Shown here: in pieces, positions 1 through 9,193 of the stretch | Layout: each line of letters starts with the position of its first letter | How positions within the stretch are numbered: position 1 is the first letter of the stretch | Assembly (NCBI GenBank): GCA_028864975.1 | Contig: JAGWLG010000023.1 | Location: 1-53,519 of the forward strand | Direction: 5' to 3' | DNA length: 53,519 nucleotides | Source: Thermoplasmata archaeon | GTDB taxonomy: Archaea; Thermoplasmatota; Thermoplasmata; Lutacidiplasmatales; UBA184 | Translations under genes and position numbers: made by a program | The notes under the pieces: generated by a model | Told to the model about the DNA's origin: nothing | Database searches by the model: none | The model's input: the letters and a program-made list of their open reading frames with translations, nothing else

Positions 1-363
1 GGCCGTCGCGAGCTCGTTCGAGACGGAGATGCAGAAGTTGCCGATGAGCATCGTGGACGAGCCCAGGATGAGCGCGTAGCCGAGCTTGATCCAGAGCTGC
101 TTCAGCTGGAACTTCTTCTCGGCCAGCGGCGAGAGGATGTACATCAGCCCGATGCCGGCGATGGAAATCCCAAGGGCCCCGAGAAAGACGGCGTAGGTGA
201 TGCTCCAAACGGTGGCCACCGCTGGGTTGGAGAGGCTGGGGGTGGTCTGGACGGCGGAGACCGACCACTGGAGGAGCTGGTCCGAGAGCGCAGCGAAGGG
301 GGAGGAGATGGCGCCCCAGAGGCTGTTCCAGATCAGGTTCGCGAGGTCCTGCTCCCAGCTCAT
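1..363 (-). CDS. VirB6/TrbL-like polytopic membrane protein (5' part, truncated by window edge)
   Basis: Not in the ORF track. My translation is MSWEQDLANLIWNSLWGAISSPFAALSDQLLQW...VWSITYAVFLGALGISIAGIGLMYIL...LWIKLGYALILGSSTMLIGNFCISVSNELATA. It has an ATGA overlap with the upstream gene and lies two genes after the pilin. Confidence 0.55.
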   Translation of the reverse strand, partial: MSWEQDLANLIWNSLWGAISSPFAALSDQLLQWSVSAVQTTPSLSNPAVATVWSITYAVFLGALGISIAGIGLMYILSPLAEKKFQLKQLWIKLGYALILGSSTMLIGNFCISVSNELATA

Positions 364-1298
364 GAGCCGTCCTCCTCCCCGTGGTCGCCCACGATCTTCC
401 GGAGGCCGGCGACGAGCAGCAGGGTGAACGCGAGGAACAGTCCGACCCCGACGAGCTGGAGGAACAGCGGGAAGGCCGGAGGGGGAGGGAAGAGCGAGCC
501 GTTACCGCTGGGAGGGGGCAGAAAGGTTGGCGAGGAATTCGTCCAGACCAGGTCGATCACGGCGCTGGCTTGCGAGGAGACGTTGTCGACCTCGGCCTGG
601 GCCTCGGTAGCACCGGGAAGCCCGCTCAGGGGGTGCCCCAGGACCAGGACCGTGTTCACGTTGGTGAGGTTCATCCCGGCGAAGTCGGAGTAGGTGTAGT
701 TCGCGCCGTTCGTGACGGAGAAGTTCTCGACGGGCTCGAGATCGGTGTCGTTGATGAACAGGAAGTCGGCGACGGCCTGAGCCACCGGGTCCGTCGAGTT
801 CGAGGAGGAGTTGTGGAAGGAGAGGAAGACCTGGAAGGTGGGACCATCTTCGGAGAGCGCAGGGTGGACAGGGAGGGGGGAGGCGGAGGATGCCGGGAGG
901 AGAGGAAGGGCAAGGCACAAGGCGAGGGCGACGGCGGGCACCGCCGTGAGCGGCTTGCGCCGCCGCGGGATGCCCGCCGGAATGGGTTGGGGTCGTGGGG
1001 GGGTTGTGGGGCCCCCGGTGCGAGGGCCCCCGCGCTCCGCCGGATCCCTGGTCCACGGTGGGCGGACCGGCTCGGCGCGCCCCTCCTCCTCGCTGGGGGT
1101 GGTCGCGTGCAGCGAGGCGAGGAGAGGGAGGGAAACGGGGGCGGGGTCGGAGGAGGGAGGGGGAGGCCGGGGGAGCTGGGTGGCGACCCAACGGTCGAGC
1201 GAGTTGGTTCGCGCCCACTCGCAGTCGCGGCAGTAGACGGCCTTCCCGTCGATGTTGTCGAGGGTGTTGACACCCCCGCACTCAGGGCAGCATCCCAT
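360..1298 (-). CDS. Membrane protein: N-terminal C4 Zn ribbon, Pro-rich linker, TM helix, sequon-rich domain, C-terminal TM
   Basis: CPECGG...YCRDC; AVALALCLALPLL; many NxS/T sequons; LVGVGLFLAFTLLLVAGLRK. Start moved to ATG 1298, which follows a GGAGG RBS. Confidence 0.7.
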   Translation of the reverse strand: MGCCPECGGVNTLDNIDGKAVYCRDCEWARTNSLDRWVATQLPRPPPPSSDPAPVSLPLLASLHATTPSEEEGRAEPVRPPWTRDPAERGGPRTGGPTTPPRPQPIPAGIPRRRKPLTAVPAVALALCLALPLLPASSASPLPVHPALSEDGPTFQVFLSFHNSSSNSTDPVAQAVADFLFINDTDLEPVENFSVTNGANYTYSDFAGMNLTNVNTVLVLGHPLSGLPGATEAQAEVDNVSSQASAVIDLVWTNSSPTFLPPPSGNGSLFPPPPAFPLFLQLVGVGLFLAFTLLLVAGLRKIVGDHGEEDGS

Positions 1299-1329
1299 CG
1301 CTGGAACCTCCAAACGCGACGCTCCGCGT

Positions 1330-1806
1330 TCAGCCGACGATGAGGCCCTGGGCCACGGAGACCAGGACCACGGACATCAGGACGATGACGAGCCCGACGA
1401 CGATGCTGTAGGCCTGCTTCTGGCGCTGGACCTTCTTGTTGGGGTCCATCTCCTCCAGCGACCCCAGCATGTACTGGATGCCGTAGATCGCGAAGGCGAC
1501 CCCGGCGAGCAGGACCGCGATTCCGATCAGGAAGTACTGGATGTTGGTCAGCGTCGCGGAGAGGTCGCAGGTCGCGTTTTGACAGTTCGACCCGGCCGTC
1601 GCGTGGACGACCGTGTGGGGGGTGGCTCCCATCGCGGGGACCTGCTCGGCTTGCGCCGGAGCGACCAGTACGCTCGACATCGCGAGCAAGGCCACGAGGG
1701 CGATCGGCCAGAGGTCCAGGCGGGGCCAGCGACCCCGGATGCGGGGGTGGGCGCGTTCGGCGTCAGGGGGGGCCCGGGGGTGGTTCTCGAGGGGAGAGCC
1801 GCTCAT
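1330..1806 (-). CDS. VirB2/TrbC-like conjugative pilin precursor
   Basis: Signal peptide ending AQA, then two hydrophobic helices separated by a charged loop (IGIAVLLAGVAFAIYGIQYMLGS-LEEMDPNKKVQRQKQ-AYSIVVGLVIVLMSVVLV), which is the VirB2 topology. Confidence 0.7.
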   Translation of the reverse strand: MSGSPLENHPRAPPDAERAHPRIRGRWPRLDLWPIALVALLAMSSVLVAPAQAEQVPAMGATPHTVVHATAGSNCQNATCDLSATLTNIQYFLIGIAVLLAGVAFAIYGIQYMLGSLEEMDPNKKVQRQKQAYSIVVGLVIVLMSVVLVSVAQGLIVG

Positions 1807-1905
1807 GATGAGCGGTGAAGCACGGTCAATATATGAAGATATTCACGTTATGCCTGTGCGAAGGAACCTTCTTAACCCTTCACGTTCTGCTCCCTCCTGA
1901 CCCCC
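1799..1905. promoter_or_regulatory. Divergent archaeal promoter region with candidate operator
   Basis: AT-rich box at 1829-1836 lies ~25 nt upstream of the pilin ATG. CTTAAC at 1871-1876 lies 30 nt upstream of ATG 1906. A perfect inverted repeat CCGCTCAT-G-ATGAGCGG (1799-1815) covers the pilin start codon. Confidence 0.55.
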
Positions 1906-2478
1906 ATGCCGGCGGATACCTGGAGGGTGTTCAAGACCGTGAACCCCTCGTGGGGCTCCCTGGGCCTCGGGACGGAGGTCCACGACCTCCTGGGCGTTCC
2001 CCAACCCAAGGGGGGGACCCTGATCCCCGAGGACCGCATGCTGGCGTTCCTCGACCGGGGACCGGGGATGGTACGGGTCATCAACGAGTTCGCCTCGGCG
2101 CGGCTCTTCGCCGCGAGCCTGGTCCAGCACAAGGTCATCGCCCAGGCCCTTCCGGGTCAGACCTTCACGTTCAACCTTCCCGACAAGGTGGAGAAGCACC
2201 TGGGCATGAAGACCGAGTGGGACCCCAAGAGCCGGAACATGCGCACGTTGGACACCCTAGCCTGGATCATGCCCGAGGAAGAGTACTTGGCCTACCGCAA
2301 GGCGACGCAGGACGGGGGAACCTACCAGCTCCCGAAGGCGGGCCCAGCGCCCCTCTACCTGCGGAAGGCGACATGGGCGGGCGAGCTGATGCGTCCGTTG
2401 AGGGACCTGGAAGGGTCCGCGCTCGAGATCAGGGAAGTCAGGGCGCAGGTCCCAGGTCCGAGGGCGGTCCCGGCGTAG
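1906..2478 (+). CDS. Putative tandem AbrB/MraZ-like DNA-binding protein (paralogue of 23319-23921)
   Basis: Two swapped-hairpin-like motifs (WGSLGLGTEVHDLLGV and FTFNLPDKVEKHLGM) plus LDTLAWIMPEEEY, which resembles MraZ. The fold call is inference. Confidence 0.5.
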   Translation: MPADTWRVFKTVNPSWGSLGLGTEVHDLLGVPQPKGGTLIPEDRMLAFLDRGPGMVRVINEFASARLFAASLVQHKVIAQALPGQTFTFNLPDKVEKHLGMKTEWDPKSRNMRTLDTLAWIMPEEEYLAYRKATQDGGTYQLPKAGPAPLYLRKATWAGELMRPLRDLEGSALEIREVRAQVPGPRAVPA

Positions 2479-5400
2479 GTCCGGGGAAGCCCCGGTCAGA
2501 TGCCGGGCTGTTGTCCGGTGGCAGGGAACGCAGCTCGGCAGGGAACATGACACCGTTGGCCGCTCTCGTGACCACGAAGTGGCCCGACTTCGGGGGCGCC
2601 TCCTCCGTGGTGAGTTCGCCTCGCTGCTCCATCACGAAGAGCTGGGAGTTGAGCCACGGCTCCGCGACCCCGAGCTTGCTCGCAAGTTCCTCGGTCCTGA
2701 CGTACCCCTGCTCCGGGAGTACCTGCCTGACCTGGGCCTGGAGCCCCCTCCCCCGGGTCGTCATCTCCTCTTCCTCCTTCGCGTCCTGGGCCGTCGTCCC
2801 CGCCTCCTTCATTGCGTTCTGGGCCTCGCTCGAAGCCTGGGCCCCCGGCATGCGGTAGGTGGCGTCCGGCCCGCCCCCGGTCTTCTGGACAGTTCCCTCC
2901 TTGACCAGAAGGGCGAGCTGCGTCCCGACCGTGCCGTGGTCGAGGCCGCTCTCTTTGGAGACCGCCTCGATGAGCTCCGTCTCGGTCTGGTCGGGGCGGG
3001 TCGCCAGGCTCATCCGGATGTGCGGGGTCGCGTCCGCGTCCCCACCGGAGCCGCCCGAACCTGACGAGGCGAGGCCAGGGCCGCGTCGGGCCCTCCGCCG
3101 CAGCGCAAGGGCTGCTGTGGCAGCGAGGAGAGCCACTACGCCGAGCACCACCGCGATCAGGAACCACTCGGCAGCGGAGATTCCCGAGTGGCCGGGGGGG
3201 TTGTTCGAGCCCGGACCGGGGCCTGGTCCGGGGGAGGGGTTCTGAACCTGGAGCGCGAGGCCGACGGAGGTCGCGTTGCCTCCACCGGCGTCCGAGATGC
3301 TCAGTGCGACCTGGAACTGTCCGGCGGAGGAAAAGGCGTGGGTCCCCCAGGGGCCCTGGCTCGTGAGCCCCTTCCCGTCCCCGAAGCTCCAGTGGTAGTG
3401 GTAGGGACTTGTCCCCCCGCCCCGGCACGAGAGCGTGAAGTTGAGGGTATCGTTGGTCTGGAGGGTCCCGTGGCTGACAGGGGCGCACGGAACCGCGAGA
3501 GCCGGGGCCACTGTCAGCAGGAGTGTCGTGGAGACGTTTGCCCGCTCACCGTCGCGAATGGTCACGTTGATCGCGTAGCTCCCGGGAAGGAGCCAAGCGT
3601 GGTGGGCCCACGCCACGAGGGTCTCGGCCGTGTGGTTGTCTCCGAACTGCCAGGAGAAGGAGAACGGCGCCACCCCGTTCTGGAAGGAGAGGGTGAGGTT
3701 GTCGAGAACTCCAGCGTCAACGGGCGACCACTGGGCCGAAGGGACGAGCCCTGTCATGGTCGGCGAGACGGTGAGGACGAACTGTTCTGCGACCGAGGCG
3801 CCCGCCGCGTCGGTCGCGGTGAAGGTCACCGTGTAGGTCCCTACGGTCGACCACTCGTGGACGGCGTCCAAGGTCGTCACGGAGCCGGAGCAGGGGGCGA
3901 TCGTGGTTGCCCCCGAGCTCCAGGCACAGGTGTAAGAGGGAGATCCCTGACCGAAGGTCGCGTTCAGGAAGACGGGCGCCCCCACCTCGGTCGAGAGGCT
4001 CCCGCCTGAGCCGACCGTCCTGTTCCCTGCGGTCGCGTTGAAGAGCGCGATGGAGAGGGGGGCATTCACGGAGAGCGTGCGGGCGGAGGAACGGGAGGTC
4101 CCGAGTGAGTCCCTGACTGTCAGAAGGAGGCTGTGGGTCCCGGTCCAAGAGGGGCGGAAGGTGCAGCCCAGGCTCCCGTCCGCTGCCAGTGTCACGGGGC
4201 CGCAGAGGGTGGCCCCCGCGGTGGTGTCGTTGATCCAGCCGACGAACCCCGCCACGCCGTTCGAGAGGGTCGCGTTGGCTGAGGTGCTCCATCCCTCGTC
4301 CGAAGGCGACGGGCTCACAGTGAGCGACCCCACCGAGAGGGGATAGTACACTGTGAGGGTCCGGGTCGTGGTGGCGTTTACTCCCGCCGCGTCGAGGACG
4401 GAGAACGAGAGGGTATAGGACCCAGGGCTGGCGTAGGAGGCGGGGAAGGTGTAGCTCGTCGAGGAGGTCCCGCCCCCGGGGCTGCATGTCCAGGGTGCCG
4501 CAGCCTGTGTCTCGAAGCAGTAGCGGAAGTTGGCGGATCCCCCGCTGACAGAGGCCGTCGGGTTGAGGGTCGCGTTGGTGAGGGTGATCGCGGGGAGGCT
4601 CTGGACAGAGAGAGCGGGCCTGGCGTTCGGGGAGACCGTGAAGGTGAGGTAGTAGGGGGTCCCCAGGCCGTCCCGTAGCGTGATGTTGAGAGTGTGAGGA
4701 CCCGTCCAGGAGGCCGTGAAGGTGCATGAGAGGGTCGCCCCGGGAGAAGTAGTGGTCGGACCGCAGAGGTTCGAGCCGGTGGACGAATCGTTCCACCATG
4801 AGGTCAGGGTCGGCGCACCGTGGGCCTCCCAAGTGCTGAGCGTGAGGCCTTGGCCCGTGTCCACGGGCGGCACGACCGGTGTCCCCACTGCGGCGGTGTA
4901 GTAGATCGTGAACGTTACCCCGGTCGTTACATTCCAACCTGTCGAGTCCAACAAACTGGCCGTGACGGCGAAGCTCCCGGCGGTCGTGTACCAGAGCCCG
5001 AAGGCGTACTTGCTCCCACCCTGCCAGACGCCGCACGCCATGCCTCCCAAGATCGACCCCGGGGCGTTGATGCAGGGTCGGTAGTTCGGTGTCCCCCCTG
5101 AGTAGTTCAGCTGGAGGATGAGACTGGCGTTGGCGTAGCCGATGAATCCGCCCCGAGAGAGCCAGGTGTTCAGGGTGGGGTCTGAATCGACTCCGAAGAA
5201 GAAGGGACCACTCGTCCCGCTGTTGCCCAGCGTGTCGTTGACCGTCACAGTGACCGTGTACGTTCCACGGGCTGAGGGCGTGCATGTGAGTCGGCTGAGG
5301 TTCGCGGTTGGGCAGGGGAGGCCCTGGTACCAGTAGCTGTAGACGCCTGACCCTCCGGACGCGTTCGCCCAGAAGAAGATGGATTCGCCGATGTCGAGCA

Positions 5401-8353
5401 CCGTGCGGTTGCCCGCGAGGGAGACGGTGGGATTGCTGTGGACCACGAACGAGAGCGCGGAGGACTGGACCTGAAAGTTGTTCGAGTCGGTGACTGCGAC
5501 TTGAACGGGGTAGGTTCCCGGGGTTGAGGGGTTGCACGTGAGAGTGGCTGAGTTCGAGCTCTGGCATCCCTGGGGAAGCGCGGTCCATGAATACGAGTAG
5601 CCCCCCGACCCGCCCGCCGGGTTCGCCGAGAAGGTATCGGATTGACCGGCATCTACGGCGTAGGGAGTCGCGGTCGGTGTGCCAATCGAGGGGTCTGCCC
5701 AGACGTGGAGCGTGAAGGGCGACTCGGACCCAGACCCCCCGTTCGAATCTGTGACGGCGACCGTGATGTTGAACCAGCCCGCGACAGTGGGGGAGCAGGT
5801 CACGTAGGTCAGGTTCACCGAAGAGCAGCCGGAGGGGAACCCGGACCAAAAGAACACGTCGCCCCCGGATCCCGACTGGTACCGGTCGATTTGGACCGTG
5901 ATTGGCTGGTTCGCGTCGGGCGCGCCGGGACCGAGCAGGTAGTCCACGCTCGGGGGCCCGAAGACCGTGAAACTGAACGTAGCGCTCGCGACCCAGTAAC
6001 CGTTCCCGTCCTTGACTTGTGCCACGATGGAGCTTGTCGCGGGAGTGGAGGGAGAGCAGCTGATGGAGGCCGCGTTAGAGCTCGAGCAACCCGATGGGAG
6101 GCCCTTCCAGGAGTAGGTGTACCCCCCATGCCCTCCCGAAGCGGTCGTGATGAACGTGACCGACTGCCCGACGTCGACTGACCACTTGTTCGCGCTCGGG
6201 GCGGCAACTGAGGGGTCCGAGGAGATGGACAGGGCGAGGGCCGAGCTCGTGGCGGTCCAGGTGTTGGAGTCCGTCACGCTGACCTTGACGGAGAAGCTCC
6301 CCGAGACCGTCGGCGTGCAGGAGAGCGTGGCCGAGTTCACGCTCGAGCAGCCCGTCGGAAGGCCTGACCAAGAGAACGAGTCTCCTCCCGAACCCCCGGA
6401 GGCCGTGGTCGAGAACGTCACGGCCTGGTTCGCATCGATGGAACGGTTCTGGGTCGGGGTGGCCACGGACGGGTCGGTGTAGACGAGGAGGGTGACGATG
6501 TACGTCCCTGTGCCCCCGTCGGAGTCGGTGACCGTGAGCTTGGCCGCGTTGCTACCGCCCCCGGTCCCGGTGGGCGTGCATGCGAAGCTCTGCGAACTGG
6601 ACGAGCACCCTGGTGGGAGACCTGACCAACCCCAGGAGTATCCGCCCGATCCTGCCGAGGCGCTCCCGCTCAGGGTGCTCGGCTGCCCAACGTCAAGGCT
6701 CGTCTTGGAGGCCGTGAACGAGGCCTGGGGGTCTTGGTTGACGGTGAGCGAGAAGGAGGGCGAGGAGGTGTGGCCGGCACCATCAGTCACCCTCACGGTG
6801 ATCGAGAATTGACCGTAGATCGTCGGCGTGCAGCTGATAGTGGCCGCGTTGGAGCCGGTGCAGCCCTGGGGGAGGTTCGCCCAGGAGTACGAGTAAGGCG
6901 AGTAGCCTCCCGAGGGGGTCGCGGTGAGCGTGGACGTCTGGCCCTCATCGATGTTCGAGGGGGAGGCCGCGGCGGTCGCGGTGAAGGGCGGAGGGAAGGC
7001 CCAGGTGTCCTGGACGTTCTGGTAGTTCGAGTTGACTCCACCGAAGAGCGCGGTGTACCCGTCACCCGAGTCGTAGACCATGCCGCTGTTGTAGCGCGAC
7101 GGGGGCGCTGTCGCTGGGCTCAACTGCGTCCAAGCGCCCGAGACGTACTCCCAGGTGTCGCCGTAGATGATGCTGGGGCTGACCCAACTGTTCAGTCCGC
7201 TGAAGAGAAGGACGAACCCTCCAGCAGAGTCGTAGGCCATCGCCAGGTTGCTGCGCGCCACAGGCGACGGGAAGGGGGTCACCTGGGTCCAGGTCGATCC
7301 CGAGAGGTACCACGTGTCGCCGTAGGGTCCCGTGCTGCTGCAGCAACCGCCGAAGACGAGGAGGTAGCCGTCGTGGGCGTCGTACACCATGCCCATGTCG
7401 GAGCGGGCCGGGATGCCCCCCGTGGTGCTGACCGCATTCCAGTTCCCGCCACTGTACTGCCAGATGTCCCCGAAGGTGTGGGAGTTGTCGGTCCCACCAT
7501 AGAGGATCGTCTCGCCGAGGGCGGTGTCGTAGGTCATGCCGACACTGGACCGGGCGAGCGGACTGTTCGAGGGGGAGAGCTGCGTCCAGGTGTTGCTGTT
7601 GTCGTTGAAGGTCCAGGTGTCGCCCATGTACGCCAGGGAGGAGCAAGCGGAGGTCGCGCACCCGTATCCTCCGAAGAGGAGGAACTCCCCGAGGTTGGGG
7701 TCGTAGTCGAATCCCGCCTGGTCCCGGGGAAGAGGAGCGCTGCTGACGGTCACTTGCTGCCAGGTCCCGCCCTTGTACTCCCACGTGTCGGCGAGGTAGC
7801 CTGCGTTGTAGCTGCCCCCGTTGTACCCTCCGAACAGGACCACATAGCCGTGGTTCGGGTCGTAGGCAAGAGAGGCCCCGTATCGGGCGGGCGGGGAGCA
7901 GGTCGAGCAGATCTGGGCCCAGTTGTCCGTCGCGAACGCGGTGAGCGGGCGCTGGGCGGGCGGCTGGCCCCGTGAGGAACCGTGGGAAGTCGTGGCCCCC
8001 GCGGGCTGGGTGGGAACACCATGAGAACTGGGACCAGGGGCGGTGGGGATCACAGACGGGGACGCGACAACCGCTGAAGGGCCAGGGCGGGCTCCCTCGG
8101 AAGCTACCGGAAGCGGGGGAGATGTTGCGGAGGACGGGGTGTAGAGGTCCTGGATGGAAGGGACGGGACTCGAGATCGAGTCGATGAGGAACGCCGCAGC
8201 CTCGGTCGAGCGCATGGCCGAGGGGGATGGGGCGGGTCGAGCACTCGCGTGCGGGGCCGGGGCGGGATGAAGCGGAAGGGCGCCGGCGACAGGCACCACG
8301 CCCGAGAGCAGAGTTACCAGGAGTGCGAGGAGGAGGAGCGGGGTTCGGGGCAT
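2438..8353 (-). CDS. Large surface protein: signal peptide, Kelch-like propeller, Ig/PKD repeats, TM anchor, cytoplasmic tandem winged helix
   Basis: Start MPRTPLLLLALL (8353). Repeats of YDxxxGYxxLFGG...DTWxY; GLPxGC...LxCTP Ig repeats; FSWQFGD PKD motifs; TM followed by RRRARR; two wHTH-like segments. Confidence 0.85.
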   Translation of the reverse strand: MPRTPLLLLALLVTLLSGVVPVAGALPLHPAPAPHASARPAPSPSAMRSTEAAAFLIDSISSPVPSIQDLYTPSSATSPPLPVASEGARPGPSAVVASPSVIPTAPGPSSHGVPTQPAGATTSHGSSRGQPPAQRPLTAFATDNWAQICSTCSPPARYGASLAYDPNHGYVVLFGGYNGGSYNAGYLADTWEYKGGTWQQVTVSSAPLPRDQAGFDYDPNLGEFLLFGGYGCATSACSSLAYMGDTWTFNDNSNTWTQLSPSNSPLARSSVGMTYDTALGETILYGGTDNSHTFGDIWQYSGGNWNAVSTTGGIPARSDMGMVYDAHDGYLLVFGGCCSSTGPYGDTWYLSGSTWTQVTPFPSPVARSNLAMAYDSAGGFVLLFSGLNSWVSPSIIYGDTWEYVSGAWTQLSPATAPPSRYNSGMVYDSGDGYTALFGGVNSNYQNVQDTWAFPPPFTATAAASPSNIDEGQTSTLTATPSGGYSPYSYSWANLPQGCTGSNAATISCTPTIYGQFSITVRVTDGAGHTSSPSFSLTVNQDPQASFTASKTSLDVGQPSTLSGSASAGSGGYSWGWSGLPPGCSSSSQSFACTPTGTGGGSNAAKLTVTDSDGGTGTYIVTLLVYTDPSVATPTQNRSIDANQAVTFSTTASGGSGGDSFSWSGLPTGCSSVNSATLSCTPTVSGSFSVKVSVTDSNTWTATSSALALSISSDPSVAAPSANKWSVDVGQSVTFITTASGGHGGYTYSWKGLPSGCSSSNAASISCSPSTPATSSIVAQVKDGNGYWVASATFSFTVFGPPSVDYLLGPGAPDANQPITVQIDRYQSGSGGDVFFWSGFPSGCSSVNLTYVTCSPTVAGWFNITVAVTDSNGGSGSESPFTLHVWADPSIGTPTATPYAVDAGQSDTFSANPAGGSGGYSYSWTALPQGCQSSNSATLTCNPSTPGTYPVQVAVTDSNNFQVQSSALSFVVHSNPTVSLAGNRTVLDIGESIFFWANASGGSGVYSYWYQGLPCPTANLSRLTCTPSARGTYTVTVTVNDTLGNSGTSGPFFFGVDSDPTLNTWLSRGGFIGYANASLILQLNYSGGTPNYRPCINAPGSILGGMACGVWQGGSKYAFGLWYTTAGSFAVTASLLDSTGWNVTTGVTFTIYYTAAVGTPVVPPVDTGQGLTLSTWEAHGAPTLTSWWNDSSTGSNLCGPTTTSPGATLSCTFTASWTGPHTLNITLRDGLGTPYYLTFTVSPNARPALSVQSLPAITLTNATLNPTASVSGGSANFRYCFETQAAAPWTCSPGGGTSSTSYTFPASYASPGSYTLSFSVLDAAGVNATTTRTLTVYYPLSVGSLTVSPSPSDEGWSTSANATLSNGVAGFVGWINDTTAGATLCGPVTLAADGSLGCTFRPSWTGTHSLLLTVRDSLGTSRSSARTLSVNAPLSIALFNATAGNRTVGSGGSLSTEVGAPVFLNATFGQGSPSYTCAWSSGATTIAPCSGSVTTLDAVHEWSTVGTYTVTFTATDAAGASVAEQFVLTVSPTMTGLVPSAQWSPVDAGVLDNLTLSFQNGVAPFSFSWQFGDNHTAETLVAWAHHAWLLPGSYAINVTIRDGERANVSTTLLLTVAPALAVPCAPVSHGTLQTNDTLNFTLSCRGGGTSPYHYHWSFGDGKGLTSQGPWGTHAFSSAGQFQVALSISDAGGGNATSVGLALQVQNPSPGPGPGPGSNNPPGHSGISAAEWFLIAVVLGVVALLAATAALALRRRARRGPGLASSGSGGSGGDADATPHIRMSLATRPDQTETELIEAVSKESGLDHGTVGTQLALLVKEGTVQKTGGGPDATYRMPGAQASSEAQNAMKEAGTTAQDAKEEEEMTTRGRGLQAQVRQVLPEQGYVRTEELASKLGVAEPWLNSQLFVMEQRGELTTEEAPPKSGHFVVTRAANGVMFPAELRSLPPDNSPASDRGFPGPTPGPPSDLGPAP

Positions 8354-8382
8354 GTTGCGCGGCGCGTGGGAAATGACCTCAC

Positions 8383-8392
8383 TATAAAGAAC
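8383..8392 (-). promoter_or_regulatory. TATA box with purine-rich BRE for the Kelch-PKD gene
   Basis: The minus strand reads GAAGTTCTTTATAG, with TTTATA 30 nt upstream of ATG 8353. Confidence 0.55.
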
Positions 8393-8716
8393 TTCACGCA
8401 CTCGACCCTGGCACATGGTGGGCCTCCGCAGCAGCGGGAAAGGGGGCCAACTCGCGGGGGGCGAGGCGAGGGTCGAGCGCCTGCCGAGGGGACATCAGGC
8501 CAGGGGGGTGGCCAGGGGGTCTTGAACCTAGCTGCCGTCGGTATGAGCGTGGACTGCTCCGCGAGCCACGTCGCGACGAAGGATGCGCAAGAGCGCCAAC
8601 GAGGACTCAGTCTCACTCGCCTTGGCCGTTGGTGCCTTCGATTGGCGCCGACCTGCGTGATGCTGGAGCTCGAGACGCTTCAAAGAGTCTCCAGCCTGGG
8701 AGTACTCGGAGGGGAG

Positions 8717-9145
8717 ATGAGGACGCGCCTGGACCCGAATGCGCGACATGAGATGATGTCTCGATTCAGGAAGCGCAACTCCGGTCCGGAACTTGCACTC
8801 CGACGTGAGCTACGAGCCCTCGGAGTTCGCTACTCTGCATACCCAGACCTGTTCGGGTCTCCGGATATCGTCCTGAAGGGCACTCGAACAGTGATCTTCG
8901 TACACGGCTGCTTCTGGCACGGATGCCCCCACCACTATCGGAGGCCTCAGACCTCTCAGCAGTACTGGACCGAGAAGCTTGAGCGAAACTGGGCCCGCGA
9001 CCGGCGGGTAGCCCGCAAGCTTCGCCGCGGCGGGTGGAGCGTCCTGACGGTGTGGGAGTGTGAGGTCAACAGGAGCGCGAGGCGAGTCGCCGAGCGGATT
9101 TTCGGCCGCGCGAATGCGAATCGCCATCGAGCTCAAGAATTATAG
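8717..9145 (+). CDS. vsr: Very-short-patch repair endonuclease
   Basis: MSRFRKRNSGPELALRREL, GSPDIV, FVHGCFWHGC, YWTEKLERNWARD, GWSVLTVWEC. GGAGGGGAG RBS before ATG 8717. Confidence 0.93.
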   Translation: MRTRLDPNARHEMMSRFRKRNSGPELALRRELRALGVRYSAYPDLFGSPDIVLKGTRTVIFVHGCFWHGCPHHYRRPQTSQQYWTEKLERNWARDRRVARKLRRGGWSVLTVWECEVNRSARRVAERIFGRANANRHRAQEL

Positions 9146-9193
9146 GCATGCTACGCATCGAGTTCTCTCGAGTGTCTGTGGGGCGCTCGTGAC

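Noticed and set aside
381-8200. Many long overlapping ORFs antisense to or out of frame with the real genes (e.g. 381-1343, 3717-5849, 6734-7975)
   Set aside because: These are Arg/Gly/Pro-rich shadow frames expected in high-GC DNA, and they carry no motifs.
8249-8716. N-terminal extension of Vsr in the ORF track
   Set aside because: Homology and the RBS start at ATG 8717. The extension overlaps the divergent gene's start and promoter.
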